Origin: Candidatus Thalassarchaeaceae archaeon | GTDB lineage: Archaea > Thermoplasmatota > Poseidoniia > Poseidoniales > Thalassarchaeaceae | Reading direction: 5' to 3' | NCBI GenBank assembly: GCA_030747675.1 | Contig: JASLKH010000009.1 | Coordinates: 1 to 10,211 of the forward strand | Length of the DNA: 10,211 bases | Shown here: one piece after another, positions 6,654 through 10,211 of the stretch | How positions within the stretch are numbered: the first letter of the stretch is position 1 | Layout: every line of letters begins with the position of its first letter | The notes under the pieces: generated by a model | Told to the model about the DNA's origin: nothing | Database searches by the model: none | Seen by the model: the letters and a program-made list of their open reading frames with translations, nothing else | Position numbers and translations under genes: made by a program

Positions 6654-6887
6654 TGTATTGCATTTGAAATACATTTTGAAATACAAAATGGACCGTTTAC
6701 TATAATGAAAATAACTGAGCAGTACTGCGATTCCCTCCAAAAGCATTGATTTTTTGACAAAATCTGAGGAATTTTTAGCATTGCTTGCCGAGCTTTGAAA
6801 ACAGTTGCATTACGAATTGCATTTCGACGTTTTTCAATAATTACGGGCCTTCATTACATTCAGGTTATACACATGAACCGAATGCAA
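6654..6887. repeat. Short repeats in the divergent intergenic region
   Basis: TTGCATT at 6658, 6805 and 6817 (+) and 6881-6887 (-). TTTGAAATACA twice (6663, 6675). TTGCATTACGAA/TTGCATTTCGAC tandem at 6805-6828. Inverted repeats TGTATT-N8-AATACA (6654-6673) and TTGAAAA...TTTTCAA (6795-6837). Confidence 0.65.
6865..6870 (+). promoter_or_regulatory. TATA box (TTATAC) of the TerB-like gene
   Basis: At -28..-23 from ATG 6893, typical of a leaderless archaeal transcript. Confidence 0.55.
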
Positions 6888-6892
6888 CAGGT

Positions 6893-7345
6893 ATGGCGCT
6901 CGAGGCGACTCGCGGATTACACCTCTACCTCAAGACATTAGAAGCAGCATTAGATGATGAAATAATCACTGATGACGAAATGTCTATTTTGGGAATAATT
7001 GCTCAGGCATTTGCTTTACCAGAGGGAGTCATGGGACAATGCTGGGCAATACTTCGTGATCAAATCGAAAACCCAATTGGAGAACGCCAATCACATTCTT
7101 TTGAAAAGCGTCGTATAGGTGATGCAACTACTTACCAAACAGCATTAATCCAGGCACTTGAAGATGAAGTCATTACAGAAGACGAATGGTCAATTCTCGA
7201 TGTTATGCGTAGAGTGATGGGGATTCAATCAGACGAGCATGCAATGATAGAGGAATCTGTTCGTTCTATGGCAGCAAAGTTCGAGAATGGTGAGACATTT
7301 GTGTCCCGATTGGATCGATATGTCAGTCTCCACCCTTATCGATGA
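6893..7345 (+). CDS. Hypothetical protein (150 aa) with two TerB-like helical repeats
   Basis: ATG 6893 is preferred over TTG 6785 (TATA spacing; the upstream extension is AT-rich intergenic-like sequence). Internal repeat ALDDEIITDDEMSIL / ALEDEVITEDEWSIL is 11/15 identical with a 69-aa period and resembles the TerB-like A-x-x-DG-x-I-T-x-x-E...LGI motif. Confidence 0.8.
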   Translation: MALEATRGLHLYLKTLEAALDDEIITDDEMSILGIIAQAFALPEGVMGQCWAILRDQIENPIGERQSHSFEKRRIGDATTYQTALIQALEDEVITEDEWSILDVMRRVMGIQSDEHAMIEESVRSMAAKFENGETFVSRLDRYVSLHPYR

Positions 7346-7358
7346 AATCGTCATCGAT
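7338..7358. other. Perfect inverted repeat overlapping the stop codon of the TerB-like gene
   Basis: ATCGATGA-AATCG-TCATCGAT, 8-bp stem; the TGA at 7343-7345 is in the 5' arm. Confidence 0.6.
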
Positions 7359-7370
7359 TCGCCGCACTTC

Positions 7371-7376
7371 TAATAT
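7371..7376 (+). promoter_or_regulatory. TATA-like box (TAATAT) of the secreted propeller/TSP3 gene
   Basis: At -29..-24 from ATG 7400. Confidence 0.45.
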
Positions 7377-7399
7377 CCTCTTGCGCGCGTGCGCGAGGC

Positions 7400-10211
7400 A
7401 TGCACACTCGTAATGGAACCCTGTCGCTGATTTTTCTTCTGTTATTGGCACCCTACATTTCTACAATGGAACCTGTTGATTTAGAAGACTCCGATTCCAG
7501 TTACGAAACTGGAAGAAGCGTTTCAAATACACCTTTGTGGAGTGCACAGGTTAGTGGCTCAAGTAGTACCGATACCATTCAATCAATGGCAATGGATGCA
7601 ATGGGGAAAACATATGTTTGTGGTTATTTTTACAATACAGCCACATTTGGCCAAATGACCCTAACAAGTTACGGCTCCTACGATATTTTTGTAGGGCGAT
7701 TGACTAATGGGAATTGGGATTGGGTGGAAAAGGCCGGAGGGTCAAGTACCGATCAGTGTCAAGATATTGCTGTTGATGATGGGGGGAATATCACAATCAC
7801 AGGATCTTTTTACAGTTCAGCAACTTTTGGTTCGGCGAGTCTTTCTTCAACAGGTAGTTATGATATTTTCATTTCACGACTTGACACCAACGGAAGTTGG
7901 CAATGGTCAACAAAAGCAGGTGGGAGTAGTAGTGATTATGGGTATGGGGTAGCAGTTGACAATCAAGGAAATGCATATGTTACCGGATACTATTACAGTT
8001 CTGGGACCGTTTATTTTGGCTCAATCACATTAGGTACTTACAGTTATGATGAAGCATTTGTGGCGAAACTAGACTCTTCAGGCCAATTTGTTTGGGCTGA
8101 AAGGATGTATGGTAGTTATTACCAACGTGGAAGAGATATTGATGTAAACCAAAATGGAGATCTTGTAGTCACAGGAGAATTCAGCTATCGAATTAACATC
8201 GGAGGGACAGAATTATCCCCTAGTTATCAGTCTAGTAGTTATTATCGAATATTTGTGGCTAAATTCGATACTGATGGTAATTTCCAATGGGCTCAAATGG
8301 CTGGTTACCTTTCTTCATCTTACAGTTCCTATGGAGAAGGGGTTGCAGTAGACAATAATGGCAACGTGGCAATCGTAGCACGTTTTTACTATCTAGTTGA
8401 TTTCCACACTAATAGTAATCAGCGAATATATGCATATCAACAGTCCTCGAATTGGGATTGCTTAATTGCGAAATGGGATTCAACTGGGAATTATTTGTGG
8501 GCACAAGTTGCTGGTGGCACTGGCACAGATTATTGCTATGATATTGAAATGGATGATGTTTCGGGCAATATTTCAATTTCAGGGATGTTTTACGGTACTG
8601 GTTGGTTTGGCAACACTCAGATGTCTTCTTCAGGAGGAAATGATGCTTTCTTGGCACATATTCCGGCTAATGGTGGATGGGATTGGATGAAGAAATTCGG
8701 GGGCTCAAGTAGCGAATATGGTTGGGCTGTTGCCATGCGAGGGGGAATGCATGCCCTTGCTGGCTATTTCCATAATACAGCATCTGATGGCACAGGCACT
8801 ACCTCACTCTCAAGTGCTGGGGGTGCGGATGGATTCGTTCTGATGTTTGGTAGTGATGCTGATGGCGATGGAATTGGAGACAGTATGGATGATTTCCCCT
8901 GGGAGCCATCACAATGGTTGGATTCAGATGGGGATGGTTATGGAGATAATTCGGGAGGCTGGCAATACGACTCTTGCATTTCGATACCAGGGAATTCTAC
9001 AACGGATCGATTCGGTTGTCCTGATACTGATGGCGATGGTTGGTCAAATTTGAACGATGACTTACCATTAGAACCAACTCAATGGATTGATGGCGACATG
9101 GATGGTTTTGGAGAGAATTCAGAGGGGGTAAATCCAGACTCGTGCCCTATGGAGTGGGGTACCTCCACTCGCGATCGTTTAGGTTGTCGAGACTTAGATT
9201 CAGATGGACAATCAGATTTGAATGATGACTTCATGAATGATTTTACTCAGTGGTCAGATAGTGATGGAGATGGTTTAGGAGATAATTGGGCTCTTGCAGC
9301 ATGGAACGAATCTCGGATGGATCACTGGCCGGGAGAATGGTTTGAGAATGCAACACATCCTGATCCTACACCATTAGATTATGATGGAGATGGTTATGAA
9401 GATTGGAATGCAGGAGGGCCTTTTGGACCCTATGATGATTGTGTTCTTACAGCTGGCACATCTTTCCGTGATAGCATTGGATGTACAGATTCAGACGGAG
9501 ACGGTTGGTCCGATGAAGGAGATGCAATCGATGATGACGCAACACAATGGCACGATCAGGATGGAGATGGTTATGGAGATAATCCACTAGGCTATCATGC
9601 TGATGATTGTCCTACCCAACCAGGAACCTCAATTATTGATTTATGGGGTTGTCCAGATAATGATTCAGATGGTCTTTCAAATGAGAATGATGAATGCCCA
9701 GTGACCCCATCTAATTCTGTTACTGGTTGCCCGGACACAGACGGTGATGGTTGGTTCGATGAACGGCAGGAAGGCGATATAGATGATTGTCCATCTGAAT
9801 GGGGTTTATCCTCAATTGATTTGAAAGGTTGTCCAGATGCAGATGGCGATCAAGTGTCTGACATTAATGATCCCTTCCCATTTGACCCAACACAGTGGGT
9901 AGATGATGATGATGATGGTTTTGGAGATAACCCTGGAGGACTTGCTGCTGATGATTGTTTAAATTGGGCAGGACCTTCAGATCAAGGTGGGATGTATGGC
10001 TGTCCCGATGGTGATGGGGACGGATGGGCTGACGGGATTGATTTATGGGAAACAGACAGTAATCTATGGTCGGATTCAGATGCAGATGGCTATGCAGATC
10101 AGCAAGGAAATTCTGATTTAAGTGACGATTGCCCACAAATTTACGGTAAGAGTAGCGTGGGACTGAAAGGATGTCCTGATGCTGATAGAGATGGGTGGCC
10201 TGACATCTTAG
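7400..10211 (+). CDS. 3'-truncated large secreted protein: signal peptide, 7-bladed SBBP-type beta-propeller, thrombospondin type-3-like Ca-binding repeats (>937 aa)
   Basis: Manual translation from ATG 7400 (MHTRNGTLSLIFLLLLAPYIST...) shows no stop to the window end, which explains its absence from the ORF track. Seven repeats of W-x4-GGss-D...iAvD-x-x-Gn...tG-x-F are followed by many D-x-D-x-D-G motifs. Confidence 0.93.
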   Translation, partial: MHTRNGTLSLIFLLLLAPYISTMEPVDLEDSDSSYETGRSVSNTPLWSAQVSGSSSTDTIQSMAMDAMGKTYVCGYFYNTATFGQMTLTSYGSYDIFVGRLTNGNWDWVEKAGGSSTDQCQDIAVDDGGNITITGSFYSSATFGSASLSSTGSYDIFISRLDTNGSWQWSTKAGGSSSDYGYGVAVDNQGNAYVTGYYYSSGTVYFGSITLGTYSYDEAFVAKLDSSGQFVWAERMYGSYYQRGRDIDVNQNGDLVVTGEFSYRINIGGTELSPSYQSSSYYRIFVAKFDTDGNFQWAQMAGYLSSSYSSYGEGVAVDNNGNVAIVARFYYLVDFHTNSNQRIYAYQQSSNWDCLIAKWDSTGNYLWAQVAGGTGTDYCYDIEMDDVSGNISISGMFYGTGWFGNTQMSSSGGNDAFLAHIPANGGWDWMKKFGGSSSEYGWAVAMRGGMHALAGYFHNTASDGTGTTSLSSAGGADGFVLMFGSDADGDGIGDSMDDFPWEPSQWLDSDGDGYGDNSGGWQYDSCISIPGNSTTDRFGCPDTDGDGWSNLNDDLPLEPTQWIDGDMDGFGENSEGVNPDSCPMEWGTSTRDRLGCRDLDSDGQSDLNDDFMNDFTQWSDSDGDGLGDNWALAAWNESRMDHWPGEWFENATHPDPTPLDYDGDGYEDWNAGGPFGPYDDCVLTAGTSFRDSIGCTDSDGDGWSDEGDAIDDDATQWHDQDGDGYGDNPLGYHADDCPTQPGTSIIDLWGCPDNDSDGLSNENDECPVTPSNSVTGCPDTDGDGWFDERQEGDIDDCPSEWGLSSIDLKGCPDADGDQVSDINDPFPFDPTQWVDDDDDGFGDNPGGLAADDCLNWAGPSDQGGMYGCPDGDGDGWADGIDLWETDSNLWSDSDADGYADQQGNSDLSDDCPQIYGKSSVGLKGCPDADRDGWPDIL
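7538..8851 (+). repeat. Seven ~60-aa beta-propeller blades (SBBP-like)
   Basis: Blades begin WSAQVSGSS, WDWVEKAGG, WQWSTKAGG, FVWAERMYG, FQWAQMAGY, YLWAQVAGG and WDWMKKFGG. Confidence 0.85.
8852..10211 (+). repeat. Thrombospondin type-3-like Asp/Gly/Cys repeats
   Basis: Unit of ~57 aa: DxDGDGWsD..D.fP.dptQW.DxDGDGyGDN......DxCP...G.S..D..GCP. Eight complete Cys pairs are visible (two of the units are shortened) and a ninth unit is cut by the window end. Confidence 0.88.

Noticed and set aside
6504-6892. ORF 6504-6746 and the N-terminal extension 6785-6892
   Set aside because: They span the AT-rich promoter region with TATA boxes and repeats; better-supported starts exist at 6601 and 6893.
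9902-9916. (GAT)5 microsatellite as a phase-variation site
   Set aside because: In-frame triplet encoding DDDDD that fits the DxDxDG motif; length changes would not shift the frame.
7707-10136. Listed ORFs at 7707, 8409, 8466, 8847, 9381 and 9864
   Set aside because: All are shadows of the long open frame 7400 to the window end; the MVMM-rich products are the off-frame reading of GAT GGT GAT GGA repeats.
7538-10211. Diversity-generating retroelement target
   Set aside because: No near-identical nucleotide template/variable repeat pair differing at adenines, and no reverse transcriptase in the window; the protein repeats are diverged at the DNA level.

Overview
Archaeal chromosomal window, most consistent with Marine Group II Euryarchaeota (Ca. 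Poseidoniales). This is inferred from the Thermoplasmata-type Fe-S Rad3 helicase, archaeal TATA and GGAGG/GGTGA signals, and a secreted SBBP-propeller plus thrombospondin-type-3 giant protein. Left to right: (1) the 3' part of a very large membrane-anchored Ig-like repeat protein ending in a DUF4129-like domain, whose frame is open from the window edge; (2) a minus-strand cluster of a tandem ribbon-helix-helix regulator, a GC-rich hairpin-dense ~450 bp segment that probably also encodes a 102-aa ORF, an XPD/Rad3/DinG-family Fe-S helicase and a small protein with an HSP20-like C-terminus; (3) an AT-rich divergent promoter region with repeated heptamers; (4) a two-repeat TerB-like protein; (5) a large secreted protein starting at 7400 and running off the window end, which the supplied ORF track omits (7-bladed propeller followed by Ca-binding TSP3-like repeats). 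No rRNA, tRNA, CRISPR array or mobile element was found. The least explained element is 5832-6232: three copies of a GAAGGGG-[hairpin]-GGGGT unit with eight G-runs, directly upstream of the helicase.
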